From an uncultured Spirochaetota bacterium (lineage in GTDB: Bacteria; Spirochaetota; Spirochaetia; SZUA-6; Fen-1364), in the NCBI GenBank assembly GCA_963845535.1, contig CAWJSK010000012.1, forward strand, positions 512,001 to 576,000: 64,000 nt of DNA. Direction: 5' to 3'. Each line of letters begins with the position of its first letter. The first letter of the stretch is position 1. The notes under the pieces are model-generated. The model saw only the letters and a list, made by a program, of their open reading frames with translations. It was not told the DNA's origin and ran no database searches. A program made the position numbers and the translations under genes. Below are positions 49,128 to 59,032 of the stretch, piece after piece.

Positions 49128-50330
49128 TCAGCTGACTTTCCGCAGCCTCGTGTCGGCGAAGACGCGCGCCAGGCGCTTCATCCCCTCCTCGATCATGGGC
49201 TCGTCAGCGTTGGAGAAGTTCAGCCGCAGGGTGTTGGCGCCGCAGTCATCCGTGAAGAAAGCCTGGCCGGGCACGAATGCAACCTTCTCCTTGATGGCTC
49301 TCTCCAGGAGGTCCATGGATGACATCCCTTCCGGCAGCGTCATCCACAGAAACATTCCTCCCTCCGGCTTGGTGCAGAGCACCTCCGGCGGGAACAGCTT
49401 CTCATACAGGTGCACCATGAGGTCCCGCTGCCGGCCGTATGCCTCCCGGATGCGGGCAATGTGGCTCTCAATGTCATTGTCCGCCAGGTAGCGATGAACG
49501 ACCAGTTGCGCGAACCCATTGGACTGCAGGTCCGCGGCCTGCTTGGCCACAATGACCCGCTCCATGATGTCATGGTGCGCGCACAACCAGCCCAGCCGCA
49601 TCCCGGGGGCCACGGTCTTTGAGAACGTGCCCAGGAGAACGGCCCAGGGTGCAAGCTCCGAGCTTCCCGGAACAAGGCCCATGGGCGCAACGGCCTGCCC
49701 GCTGAACCGGAGCTCGCTGTACGGGTCATCCTCCACGAGCACGGTGTTGCCCCCTGCAAGGAGGGAGGCCGCCTCCCGGCGGCGAGCAGCGGACCAGCTT
49801 ATCCCCGACGGGTTTTGGAACGTCGGGATGGCATAGAGGAGCTTGGGATCATCTTCCGTGAGGGCGCGGGCAATCAGCTCAGAGCGAACTCCGTCCTCAC
49901 ACAGCTCCAGGGCGCGGAAGCGCGGCTCGAAAAGGCCGAATGCCTGGATGGCGGCAAGGTAGGTTGGCCGCTCCACGAGCACCACGTCACCCTGGTCGAG
50001 GAAAGCCTTGGCGACAAGGTCCAGCCCCTGCTGCGACCCGTTCGTGATAAGGATGTCGTTTGCCTTTACCTGCACGCCCCGGCGCGCGTAGCGGGCGGCA
50101 ATGTATTCCCGAAGCGCGGGGAACCCTTCGGTGGTGGAGTACTGCAGCGCGGCTGCGCCGCTTTCCGCCATCGTCTTCTCCGTGGCGCGTGAAAGCTCCT
50201 GGAGCGGGAAGAACCGCGGGTTGGGAAGCCCGCCGGCGAAGGAGATGATGGAAGGATCCTCGGTGACCTTGAGAATCTCACGCACAAAGGACCTGCGCGC
50301 CGTTGCCATCCTGCGGGAAAACCTAAGCAT
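49128..50330 (-). CDS. PLP-dependent class I/II aminotransferase (2-aminoadipate transaminase-like)
   Basis: ISFAGGLP, GSQQGLD, FQNPSG, EDDPY, TFSKTVAPGMRLGW. Confidence 0.93.
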   Translation of the reverse strand: MLRFSRRMATARRSFVREILKVTEDPSIISFAGGLPNPRFFPLQELSRATEKTMAESGAAALQYSTTEGFPALREYIAARYARRGVQVKANDILITNGSQQGLDLVAKAFLDQGDVVLVERPTYLAAIQAFGLFEPRFRALELCEDGVRSELIARALTEDDPKLLYAIPTFQNPSGISWSAARRREAASLLAGGNTVLVEDDPYSELRFSGQAVAPMGLVPGSSELAPWAVLLGTFSKTVAPGMRLGWLCAHHDIMERVIVAKQAADLQSNGFAQLVVHRYLADNDIESHIARIREAYGRQRDLMVHLYEKLFPPEVLCTKPEGGMFLWMTLPEGMSSMDLLERAIKEKVAFVPGQAFFTDDCGANTLRLNFSNADEPMIEEGMKRLARVFADTRLRKVS

Positions 50331-50712
50331 CTGATCCTCCGCGCCCTCGCTGTCCTCCTTGCTCAGGCCCGCCTTCAGGCTTCTTGCGAAGCCTCCGCGC
50401 GAGCGACCAGACCGCCTGGGCAAGCAGGAGCCCGATTATTACGTACACCCACCAGGGAAGGTTTCTTCCGGCAACCAGGACGTACAGGTACGGGACAGCC
50501 GTGGAGAGCAGGAATATCATGCTCCAGAGAGTCACTTCGTTCAAGTGTTTTTTCGCCACGGCCCGTACCATGCGGTAGATGGAATAGTAGAAAACGGGGC
50601 TTGCTCCGAAGAGAAGGACCAGAAAGACGACGGGGTTGACGCCGTAGTCCGCGCGGGCAGCTTCCATCTGTCGGGCAACCCACGAAAGGATGGCGTGCAA
50701 AAGCCATTCCAT
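50323..50712 (-). CDS. Hypothetical 3-TM membrane protein
   Basis: Hydrophobic helices; sits between the MFS gene and the aminotransferase in the same direction. Confidence 0.7.
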   Translation of the reverse strand: MEWLLHAILSWVARQMEAARADYGVNPVVFLVLLFGASPVFYYSIYRMVRAVAKKHLNEVTLWSMIFLLSTAVPYLYVLVAGRNLPWWVYVIIGLLLAQAVWSLARRLRKKPEGGPEQGGQRGRGGSDA

Positions 50713-50748
50713 TCTAGTCGAACCTCCGCATCTAGTCGAGCCTCCGCA
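50713..50748. repeat. 18 bp tandem duplication spanning the MFS stop codon
   Basis: TCTAGTCGAACCTCCGCA followed by TCTAGTCGAGCCTCCGCA. Confidence 0.85.
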
Positions 50749-51970
50749 CGGACGGGACGAGGACCGCCACGGTCAGGGCGCACACGAGCGTCCCCGCGGC
50801 CCCGATCTCGATGGTGAGCGGCACCCCCAGGACGGTGGCGACGGAACCAGCCAGGAGGGCCCCTATCGGCATGAAGCCGAAGAACGCCAGCATGTAGATG
50901 CTCATGACCCTGCCGCGCACCGCGTCCGGCGTGAGGGTCTGCACGAGCGCGTTGGCAAGGTTGTTGAGGGCGATGTTGGCCGCGCCCACGGCAAATATCG
51001 CGAGCAGGGAAAAGGGAAGGGCCCGCGTAAAAGAAAAAAGGATGAGCATCACGGGAAAAACGAAGCTTGCGGCAGTGATGGTCCTTCCCTTGCGGCGCCT
51101 GTGAGCAAAGGAAGCGATCCAGAGGGCGGAGCCGAGCGCGCCAATGCCTCGCGCGGACTGCAGGAACCCGTTTACCCGCGAGTCACCGTGGAGGATTTGC
51201 ACGGCCCAGGCAGGGAGAAGGGTGGCGAACGACATGCCGAAAAGGCTCACCGCGGCCAGCAGGCAGGTGATGGCCAGAATCCGCTTGTCCTCACGAAACG
51301 CGCGAAGCCCGTCCCTGATGTCGCCGACCGTGGACCCCCGGCGAGGCGGCGGGGTAAACCGCGGAAGGCGCATGGCCAGAAGCGCGGCAATGACGGCAAG
51401 GAAGGAAATGCCGTTGATCGCGAAGCACCAGCCCGGCCCGAACAGAGCGTACGTCAGCCCTCCCACGGCCGGGCCGATGGCGGTGGCCGTGTTGAACATC
51501 ATGGAATTGAGCGCAATTGCGTTTGTGAGAACGGGCCTGTCCACCATCTCCAGGACGAAGGACTGACGCGCAGGGGCGTCGAAGGAGTTGACCACCCCCA
51601 GGAGGAACGCCAGCACGATGATATGCCAGGGAGCTACGACGCGCAGGAAAACGAGCAGGGAAAGCACGAACGCCAGGAGCATGCTGAGGGCCTGCGTGAT
51701 GACAATGAGGTTGCGCCGGGGCACCCGGTCCGCAATGGCCCCTCCGTAGAGCGTGAACGCCCAGGTTGCCACACCGGAAGCGAATCCCACGTACCCGAGG
51801 AAAGCCTCCGATTTGGTCAGCTCGTAGACGAGGTAGCCCTGGGCCGTGGTCTGCATCCACGTCCCGAAGAGGGACGTCATCTGCCCCAGGAACCAAAGAC
51901 GATAATTCGGGTACGCCAGGGCCGCAAAGGTCCTGACCGGCTGTGGGCTGGCGACGCCTCTTTCTTCCAT
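50732..51970 (-). CDS. MFS transporter (MFS_3/EntS-like)
   Basis: NYRLWFLGQ..S..GTWMQ, GGAIADR, FDAPARQ, RGRVMS. Confidence 0.92.
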   Translation of the reverse strand: MEERGVASPQPVRTFAALAYPNYRLWFLGQMTSLFGTWMQTTAQGYLVYELTKSEAFLGYVGFASGVATWAFTLYGGAIADRVPRRNLIVITQALSMLLAFVLSLLVFLRVVAPWHIIVLAFLLGVVNSFDAPARQSFVLEMVDRPVLTNAIALNSMMFNTATAIGPAVGGLTYALFGPGWCFAINGISFLAVIAALLAMRLPRFTPPPRRGSTVGDIRDGLRAFREDKRILAITCLLAAVSLFGMSFATLLPAWAVQILHGDSRVNGFLQSARGIGALGSALWIASFAHRRRKGRTITAASFVFPVMLILFSFTRALPFSLLAIFAVGAANIALNNLANALVQTLTPDAVRGRVMSIYMLAFFGFMPIGALLAGSVATVLGVPLTIEIGAAGTLVCALTVAVLVPSVRRLD

Positions 51971-52045
51971 TCCCTTTCACTATAGCCAGAAACAGGGACC
52001 TTGGAACAGCGGAGGTGGTATATTGAACCCGGCGGAGGAACTTCC

Positions 52046-52519
52046 ATGGACGAAAAAAAACTTCGCGAACAGCTTGCCGCCACCCTGAGCGGACATGGTG
52101 CGCACGTGCCTTTTGAAAAGGCCGTGGAGGGCTTTCCCGAGGAAGCCGCGGGGCGCCGGCCGGCGGGGCTTCCGCATTCGGCGTGGCAGGTGCTCTCCCA
52201 CCTCTGGATCAGTCAGTGGGACATCCTGGAGTTCGTGAGGGATCCCTCTCACGAGTCACCCGAGTGGCCCGAAGGCTACTGGCCGAAAGAGCCGGCTCCC
52301 CCGCAACCGTCGGAATGGGCGGCCACGGTGAAAAAGTTTCGCGCTGACCTTTCCTCCATGATCGAGCTCGTCCGCGACCCGAAGAATGACCTGCTTGCCC
52401 CCATTCCCCACGGGGACGGACAGACCCTTCTGCGTGAGGCGCTCCTCGTCATCGACCACAACTCCTATCACGTGGGGCAGCTCGTCGACATCCGCAGGAG
52501 CCTCGATGCCTGGGGGTAA
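52046..52519 (+). CDS. DinB family protein
   Basis: GAH, HSAWQVLSHL, DHNSYHVGQL. Confidence 0.88.
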   Translation: MDEKKLREQLAATLSGHGAHVPFEKAVEGFPEEAAGRRPAGLPHSAWQVLSHLWISQWDILEFVRDPSHESPEWPEGYWPKEPAPPQPSEWAATVKKFRADLSSMIELVRDPKNDLLAPIPHGDGQTLLREALLVIDHNSYHVGQLVDIRRSLDAWG

Positions 52520-53759
52520 TGACCTTCCTCCGGCCGACCTTGATCGGCACACGGGGGAGCTTCTGGCTGAAGAAGCCCGGCTCGAGGGGGCTGCTCGTGA
52601 TATGGATTCCCGCCTCTCAGGGCTCAAGGACATCGACCTGCTCCTCGCCCTGGCGCGCGTGAAGCTGCGGCTGTGCCTGGCCATGATGAAACGGGCCGAA
52701 GGACGCGGAAGGAGCAGCTTCGAGAGCCTGGAGGTACCCGTAGGGCGGCGGGCTGCAAGCGCCATACGGATCGTGGAAAGTCTCGTATCGCAGAACGTTT
52801 CCGAGGACCAGCACGGCATCGTCCAAACAAGCCCCTTATTCGCGGAAACAAAAAGGCTTCTTGAGGAGTTTCTGATCTCCGGCGGGGGAGGATTCCTGGA
52901 GCCGCTCCAGCTCGACGAGCACAAGACCCGCGTCCTCTCCCGGACTGTGGCTACCTCAATCCGGAAGTTCATGGGAGAGGATGACCGCTACCCTCCCCTG
53001 GACATCGAGAGGTTCCCGCCTTTTTTGCAAACGCTTCTCCTGACGCTCTTCCCGGTTTTCATCCGGCTTCGACCACAGAAGCCGCCGTACGGCATCGAGG
53101 AAGGAGAGGAGGTGACGTACACCTCCCCCGCCATGCGCGTTCCACTCTCCCAGGCAATCCATTACATGGAAAACGAGCTTCTGCCGGAGCTGGAACGCAG
53201 GCTCGCCGCTGACCCCGGCCACCCGGACCTCCAGGAAGAGGAGAGGAAGATCCGCGCGCAGCTCGAGCAGTACAGGAGCATGCGTGTCCTTCCGCGCGCG
53301 GCGCCGGTGCTTCCCCTGGCGAAGGGCCTTCATACCGAAGGGATGACCGGGTTCACGCTGGACGGAGAGGTCCTCGTCTCCCTGCCCCTTGCGGTCAAGT
53401 TCCGCAGCGGGACGAACCTGGACAGGAAGATGGAGCTGGTTCGCATGGACGTTGTGCGCCGCATTGCCGGGCGCGGGGTGAGCGCGGAGATAGACCGGGA
53501 GTACAGGCACCTGAAAAGCATCCAGAGCGGCAGGCGCGGCAGCTCCCGAACGCCGAGCATGAAGCTGGATCCATCCTGGGGCTACTGGGTCCTGCGCCAG
53601 GACTTCCCTTTTCTTTCGCGGCTCTCGGACAAGGACCGGTTCCAGGAGCTGGTCCAGGTTGTCAGGTCGGGTTCCCTGGGAGACGCGGAGCGGTTCATCG
53701 AGGCAGTCATCTCACGGGACCAGGGCTCGAAGCAGGCAGCCGCGCTCCCCGGCCCGTAG
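52506..53759 (+). CDS. Hypothetical protein (417 aa)
   Basis: Long ORF with host-like codon use, overlapping the DinB gene end; no motif recognised. Confidence 0.7.
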   Translation: MPGGNDLPPADLDRHTGELLAEEARLEGAARDMDSRLSGLKDIDLLLALARVKLRLCLAMMKRAEGRGRSSFESLEVPVGRRAASAIRIVESLVSQNVSEDQHGIVQTSPLFAETKRLLEEFLISGGGGFLEPLQLDEHKTRVLSRTVATSIRKFMGEDDRYPPLDIERFPPFLQTLLLTLFPVFIRLRPQKPPYGIEEGEEVTYTSPAMRVPLSQAIHYMENELLPELERRLAADPGHPDLQEEERKIRAQLEQYRSMRVLPRAAPVLPLAKGLHTEGMTGFTLDGEVLVSLPLAVKFRSGTNLDRKMELVRMDVVRRIAGRGVSAEIDREYRHLKSIQSGRRGSSRTPSMKLDPSWGYWVLRQDFPFLSRLSDKDRFQELVQVVRSGSLGDAERFIEAVISRDQGSKQAAALPGP

Positions 53760-54371
53760 TCAAAGAAAGCGCTCGAAGCGTTCCTTCTTGGCTTTGCAGA
53801 CAGGGCACACGGCAGGGGGCTGCGCCCGGGCGCACAGGTAGCCGCAGACGCGGCAGCGCCACACGGGGAAGCCGAGTGAGCCGAGGCCGGCCGCGGGAGC
53901 GAGCCGCGGCGCGCTTGCGTCAGCGGCGACGCCACCCGGCGGACCTCCAGAGGCGGCAGCCTCCCCCTTCTCCCCAGCGGCCGCGGATGCCCGCGTCTCC
54001 GGTCTGCGCTCGGGAATCCTGGCAGCCTTCTTCTTCCCGTCCACCACGTCCTGGGAAACGTACAGGGCGCAATAGCATGTGTCGTACTGGTCCAGGTCGG
54101 GGTCCCGGTAGTCGCACGGGCAGATGATGTCGAGGTCTTCTTCCTTGGAACCGGAGGCAAGCCTGCAGGGACATGCCCAGTAGCCGTAGCGCGCCTCGTT
54201 CACGAGCAACCCTTCGATGAGCCCCTTGGTGAACGTGACGTTGGGATTCAGGTGGTATCCCGAGCTTTCCGCCTCCGCCGTAAGGCGCTCGAAGAGCTGT
54301 TGCACCTGTTCGGGAGTGATGACGGGCTCCTGGCCGGCCGCTCCCCGGCCGCTCCTCGAATCTTCGCTCAT
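53760..54371 (-). CDS. Ferredoxin:thioredoxin reductase catalytic domain fused to a rubredoxin-like domain
   Basis: CPC...CPC...CYC cluster motif plus WRCRVCGY...CPVC. Confidence 0.9.
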   Translation of the reverse strand: MSEDSRSGRGAAGQEPVITPEQVQQLFERLTAEAESSGYHLNPNVTFTKGLIEGLLVNEARYGYWACPCRLASGSKEEDLDIICPCDYRDPDLDQYDTCYCALYVSQDVVDGKKKAARIPERRPETRASAAAGEKGEAAASGGPPGGVAADASAPRLAPAAGLGSLGFPVWRCRVCGYLCARAQPPAVCPVCKAKKERFERFL

Positions 54372-54430
54372 CCAGCTTCCTTCCCTCGACGCGCGCTCAT
54401 GCTGCTACCCTCATCGGGCTCCCGCGCCCG

Positions 54431-54718
54431 TCAGGCCTTCACTCCGATCTTTTCCTTGATCTCCAGCTCATCAAAGCCGGAGACGCATTCCTTGTCATTG
54501 ATCACGATGGTAGGGTAGGAACCGTCCGGGTTCCACTTGCGGATCTCTTTTTTGACCGCGTCCTTCTGCTCCCCGGGCAGCAGGTCGACGTCCACGTACT
54601 CGTAGCCCACCCCGAGGTCCTTCAGGAGGTTCTTTGCCATTCGGCACCACATGCAAGTGCTGAGAGCGTAGACGAGGATTCTCCCCTTGTCGGCACCCTC
54701 CACGCGCTGAAAAGCCAC
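54431..54718 (-). CDS. Glutaredoxin (NrdH-like)
   Basis: YALSTCMWC...SYPTIVI...GFD. Confidence 0.9.
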   Translation of the reverse strand: MAFQRVEGADKGRILVYALSTCMWCRMAKNLLKDLGVGYEYVDVDLLPGEQKDAVKKEIRKWNPDGSYPTIVINDKECVSGFDELEIKEKIGVKA

Positions 54719-54780
54719 GGTGTCCCCCTTGCTGCAAGGATACCGCCGAAACCGGGATCGGATCAATCAGCCGAGCCGGC

Positions 54781-55575
54781 TCAGCGGGCCCGGGCGGTCC
54801 TGCGGGTCCGTACCGTTCCCGCTCCCGTGCGCTTCACCATCGCGCGATAATGGGCCGTCAGCGCCGGGAAATCCGCAAGCTCCCGCCGGCCTCGCTCGCT
54901 CAGTGCGTAAACTCCGCGCTGCACGCGCTCGAACCACCCGTACACGTTGTCATGGAGGATGGAAAGCGTCTTGGGACCCGTGCCCAGGGCGCGCAAGGCG
55001 GCCGGAGCCATGCTGGCGCGTGGAAGGAGACAGCAGGCGATATGGACCGCGCTCTCCCGGTACGCGGTGACGAGCTTCTTCCTCGTGCTTCCCGCGATAT
55101 TGTAGTCAGCAACCCTTCCCGAGATCTCCGCGAGCACCGCGCGCCGGGATGGCGCGCGCCTCCTGCGGGCAAGCGGCCGTGGATGGAAGACCACGTCCAC
55201 GGGCGGTCCGCCGTTTGAAGGAGAAACGAGGAGGAGACCCAGCTCCAGTCTCCGTAGCAGATGGAAGACTCCGCGGCTCTCCCTCCACCACTTCCACTTG
55301 CTCGGCGGTCGGGGAACGGCCACGTAGACGGTGTCGGTCATCCGCTGGCGTTGCACGGCTTGCACAACGAGCGCAAGGTTCAGGGTCTTCTTTATCTCGA
55401 CGATGACGAGCTCGTCGCCGCGGAGGGCGGCGATGTCGCAGTCCTTGACCTCGCTGCGCACCGTGTACCCCTGGCCCGCAAGCCAGTCGCACAGCGGCGG
55501 GGCCAGGTCCGTCTCCGCAAGGGTCTTCCCGGCAGCCGGGGCTTGCGCTGGAGGAGCGCGCCGCGCGGCGGTCAC
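54781..55575 (-). CDS. DUF2161 family putative PD-(D/E)XK protein
   Basis: ETDL..P...GYTVRSEVKDCD...VEIK...TAYRE...NVYGWFER..RGVY. Confidence 0.85.
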   Translation of the reverse strand: MTAARRAPPAQAPAAGKTLAETDLAPPLCDWLAGQGYTVRSEVKDCDIAALRGDELVIVEIKKTLNLALVVQAVQRQRMTDTVYVAVPRPPSKWKWWRESRGVFHLLRRLELGLLLVSPSNGGPPVDVVFHPRPLARRRRAPSRRAVLAEISGRVADYNIAGSTRKKLVTAYRESAVHIACCLLPRASMAPAALRALGTGPKTLSILHDNVYGWFERVQRGVYALSERGRRELADFPALTAHYRAMVKRTGAGTVRTRRTARAR

Positions 55576-56396
55576 GGGCGCTCCTCCACGGCGCAGGAGG
55601 CAGGGCGCATGTCCTGCAGCAGAGGCAGCCGCGCGCGAAAAGAATCCACGGCCCGGTTGTCGCACTCCGCGGCAATGACGCCCTCATGACCCTCCGGTGC
55701 GCGCGCCAGGATGTTCCCGTGCGGGTCCACGATCAGGCTTTCACCGTGGAAAGGAGCGTTCCCGAAGCTTCCTTGCGCCGCGGCGCCGGCAACGAAAATG
55801 CCGTTGTCCAACGCGCGCGCCCTGACGGCCAGCTCCCACTCCGCCGTCGGTCCGAACCATGCCGATCCGACCAACGCGTGCGTGACCCCGCGCGTCGCCA
55901 GGGCGCGCGCGGCCTCGGGGAACCGGGTGTCGTAGCAGATCCACATGCCGCATCGCAGGCCGTCCAGGCCGAAGGAGACGAGGCGCTTCCCCTCGGCGGC
56001 CCAACCCCGCTCGGTCACCCACAGGTGGATTTTGCGGTAGACAATCGGCGCCGCGCCGTCCGTGTCCAGAAACACCATGCTGTTGGAGAGCCCGTCAGGG
56101 GCGCGCTCCGGGAACCCGAAGCACAACGCCACTCCTGTCTGGCGCGCCACGGCGTGAAGCCGGGAGATTTCCGGCCCGCCAGCGCTGACGGCAAGCCGCG
56201 CCGCCTCGGACGGCGAACAGTACCCGCTCAGGCAAAGCTCGGGGAAAACGACAACCCGTGCGCGCATGCGGGCCGCCTCCGCGGCCATTTCGGCCATGAG
56301 GGATGTGTTGCGGGGAAGGTCACCCGAAGCGCACACGAGCTGCGCGCACGCTATGACGGGGCTTTTGCCGGACGCGGATTGGCGTGCAATGCCCAT
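55572..56396 (-). CDS. Carbon-nitrogen hydrolase (nitrilase family)
   Basis: FPEL, YRKIHL, ICYDTRFPE triad motifs. Confidence 0.92.
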   Translation of the reverse strand: MGIARQSASGKSPVIACAQLVCASGDLPRNTSLMAEMAAEAARMRARVVVFPELCLSGYCSPSEAARLAVSAGGPEISRLHAVARQTGVALCFGFPERAPDGLSNSMVFLDTDGAAPIVYRKIHLWVTERGWAAEGKRLVSFGLDGLRCGMWICYDTRFPEAARALATRGVTHALVGSAWFGPTAEWELAVRARALDNGIFVAGAAAQGSFGNAPFHGESLIVDPHGNILARAPEGHEGVIAAECDNRAVDSFRARLPLLQDMRPASCAVEERP

Positions 56397-56444
56397 TCAA
56401 CCCCTCCCGCGCCTACGATATGCCGGCGGCGGAGGACGTTCAAG

Positions 56445-57203
56445 TCAGGGATTTGCCTTGATGAAAGCCTGGCTCATTGCGTCCAGCTTGTCAGGGACGG
56501 GATAGATGATCTTGTTGTTCGTGAAATCGAAATACTCCCGCATGTCCCTGTTGAAGACCCTGCCTCTCCCTTCGAGGAGACCGATCCATGCCCCCCCGTA
56601 ATTGAAAAAGACGATGTGCCGCACATCCAGCTTGTCGAGCACATTGCCGAGCAGGTAGACCAGCCAGTCGTCGACGTCGATGAGCACGCCGCCGTCAGCA
56701 AGAGCCAGGTCGTACACCGGCGAGTAGACGGAGGGGTTTTGCGGGTCCGTGTACGACGTTCGGGTCACGTGAAACTCCAGTGTTTCCGTGGAGCGCAGCG
56801 TCCCCGGGTGGTACCCGAGAAAGGAGAAGGGGATGGGGATGACCACATCCCCCTTGAACACGAGCGTGATCTCGCGGCTTCCCGCCTCGAAGTCGTTATG
56901 CTGGACGACCCTCGTCACAAGGTCGAAAGGGAACTTCACCTTGGACTGGAACTCCGTCAGGATGGCCCGCATCTGAGCGTTGTCGATGTCCACGTCCAGG
57001 CCGGTAAGCACGATCCCCAGCGCGTAAGCGAAAAATGTGTCCTTCACGGCGGAAACGCTCACGTGCCTGCCGGGCGGTGTTCCGGGCGAGGGCAGCGTCT
57101 GGACGGCGGGCATGACCTGCGGCGCGGGGGCTGCCTGCGCACAGAGACTCATCGCCGTGATGAGAAAGAGAATGACAGCCGGCAGGATCACCGTGCGCTT
57201 CAT
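56445..57203 (-). CDS. Hypothetical exported protein
   Basis: Signal peptide, Pro-rich linker, globular remainder. Confidence 0.75.
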   Translation of the reverse strand: MKRTVILPAVILFLITAMSLCAQAAPAPQVMPAVQTLPSPGTPPGRHVSVSAVKDTFFAYALGIVLTGLDVDIDNAQMRAILTEFQSKVKFPFDLVTRVVQHNDFEAGSREITLVFKGDVVIPIPFSFLGYHPGTLRSTETLEFHVTRTSYTDPQNPSVYSPVYDLALADGGVLIDVDDWLVYLLGNVLDKLDVRHIVFFNYGGAWIGLLEGRGRVFNRDMREYFDFTNNKIIYPVPDKLDAMSQAFIKANP

Positions 57204-57228
57204 GTGGACTGACCTGTCTCAAAGATAC

Positions 57229-57741
57229 TCACGAGGGATGCCGCGGACGCCAGCTCTCCGTGGAGACCTCGCCGTCCTCCCGGATCCGGCAAACCTCGAA
57301 CCTGACCCTCCCCTGCTCGACCGAGCGCGCAATACCGCGCTGGAACGGGCTGAGAGCTGACCTGCCCTGCTTGACCTCCAGGAGCACGATCTCCAGATCC
57401 TCCGCCGCCGCGCCCTCGTCCCTGAGTCCCGTGTAGCCGTCGAAGACGACATAGTCGATGGGGTCTCCTAGAAAGCGCGCGTCCGCCGGACGATATGGAA
57501 AACCGGGCAGGAGCGGCGCCATCTGCTCCGCGATCTGCCCTTTCAGCGAGCTCCTGGCGCGCTCCACGCTGTCTTTTCGCGCGGAGAGCAGGTCCTTCTC
57601 ATGGCCCTGGAGAAGCGACTCGATGCGGGCGTTGGCGCGCCTGCGCTCAGACTGCCAGATCAGGACGACGACAATCAGGCCAAGGATGGCTGCAAGCGTG
57701 AGCAGGGCGAGATAGACAACGGCTTGCGGATCGCTCTGCAT
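57229..57741 (-). CDS. Membrane-anchored Holliday junction resolvase-like endonuclease (Endonuc_Holl)
   Basis: N-terminal TM; GQIAEQMAP, DARFLGDPIDYVVFDG, EVK. Confidence 0.88.
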   Translation of the reverse strand: MQSDPQAVVYLALLTLAAILGLIVVVLIWQSERRRANARIESLLQGHEKDLLSARKDSVERARSSLKGQIAEQMAPLLPGFPYRPADARFLGDPIDYVVFDGYTGLRDEGAAAEDLEIVLLEVKQGRSALSPFQRGIARSVEQGRVRFEVCRIREDGEVSTESWRPRHPS

Positions 57742-57757
57742 GGCGGGCCCGGGGGCG

Positions 57758-58027
57758 CTACTGCGTCGGCCCTTCCGTCATCTTTTCAAGCTTCTCGCGC
57801 AGCTCGTCGTAGGCGCGCGCGAGCGTCCGGTCCTCCGTGTGGTTCGATTCGGAGGCCAGGCCATTGATGATCCCGTGAAGCTCGGCGGCTGTAAACTCGA
57901 TGTGATACCTGTTGCCCGTAATCCGGGTCGAAACGAGTTTCTTCTCGACCTCAGGGCTGATGTGGAGGATGTTCAGCACGAGCTCTCTTTCACTACGGGA
58001 GAGCTCCACGGTGAGCGACGTATCCAT
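57758..58027 (-). CDS. Small hypothetical protein
   Basis: 89 aa ORF preceded by TTGCAC-17-TAGTAT. Confidence 0.65.
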   Translation of the reverse strand: MDTSLTVELSRSERELVLNILHISPEVEKKLVSTRITGNRYHIEFTAAELHGIINGLASESNHTEDRTLARAYDELREKLEKMTEGPTQ

Positions 58028-58079
58028 GAGCGGATACTAACCCTTTCCCCCGGCGTGTGCAATCACAAGAAGAGGGGTG

Positions 58080-58841
58080 TCACAGCGCAAAAGGGCTTTC
58101 CATGAAATAATACCAGCGGCTCCGCGGAGCGACGGCGGACGGGATGGCGTCGAACCATGCGAATCGGTACCCGTGGCGGAAAAGCTCGTGGAGGACGCGG
58201 TACATCGTGACGAGGAACTCCGGCGTGCGCTCGGCAAGGCCGGCAAGATCGTCATTGCTCAGGTCAGGCAGGGTGAGGAAGAGGGGCCCGGTATAGATGA
58301 TCCCGCGGCGCGGCGCGGGGTCCGCTTCGGTCCAGTCAATGACGCTCCGCGCCTCAAGCTCCTCCAGCCTGAGCTCGGGAGGCTTCACGAGAGGGTCATC
58401 CACGTCCCACTCGCAGGAAACATAAGGCCAGGGCTTGCCATCCGGCGTCCTGATGCCTTCCTTCCATGAAAAACGCATCCCGAAGTGCCGCATGCACAGC
58501 GCGGCGTTCCATGTCAGGAGCGGGCTCGTCCCGAACTTCAGCCGGCCGGTCTTGTGCTCGCGCAGGTAGTCCCCGGCCTGATTCAACAGCCCCGTACCGA
58601 TCCCCATTCCCCGCCAGGCCGGCAGGACTTCGATCCCGGCGAGGGCGAAAAAGACTCCGCCCGCATCCCTGTCTGGGTAGACCGAGATCCACCCCAGAAG
58701 CTGTTCCGTGCCCGGATCCACGGCGGCGATCTTTTCTCCGCGCTTCTCACGCAGCCTGCGAAGCTCCTCCGCGTGGGTCCCCGGCCCCCGCCAGAGGTCT
58801 TCCCGCCGGCCGGAAAGAAGGCGCATGTATGCAACGTTCAT
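58080..58841 (-). CDS. GNAT family N-acetyltransferase
   Basis: VLPAWRGMGIGTGLL motif A; PLLTWNA. Confidence 0.8.
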   Translation of the reverse strand: MNVAYMRLLSGRREDLWRGPGTHAEELRRLREKRGEKIAAVDPGTEQLLGWISVYPDRDAGGVFFALAGIEVLPAWRGMGIGTGLLNQAGDYLREHKTGRLKFGTSPLLTWNAALCMRHFGMRFSWKEGIRTPDGKPWPYVSCEWDVDDPLVKPPELRLEELEARSVIDWTEADPAPRRGIIYTGPLFLTLPDLSNDDLAGLAERTPEFLVTMYRVLHELFRHGYRFAWFDAIPSAVAPRSRWYYFMESPFAL

Positions 58842-58951
58842 ATTCCCTGACTGTCACCTTAGAATATCGGCAGGCGGAGAGGCCTCTGACAGGCGGACAG
58901 GCGCACACCCGTACAGGCCGACGGAGACGACCCGCGCTTGCAGAGACCTTT

Positions 58952-58980
58952 TTGCAATCTGAAATGTTCATTACTATACT
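58952..58980 (+). promoter_or_regulatory. Sigma70-like promoter
   Basis: TTGCAA-17-TATACT upstream of the 59033 gene. Confidence 0.55.
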
Positions 58981-59032
58981 AGTGTGGAGGCGCAATCATT
59001 CCAATAGTAAAAAATAACGGGATCATCGCTGC

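Noticed and set aside
53760..54718. Selenocysteine read-through in the redox genes
   Set aside because: All catalytic positions are Cys codons and the TGA stops fall at expected protein ends.
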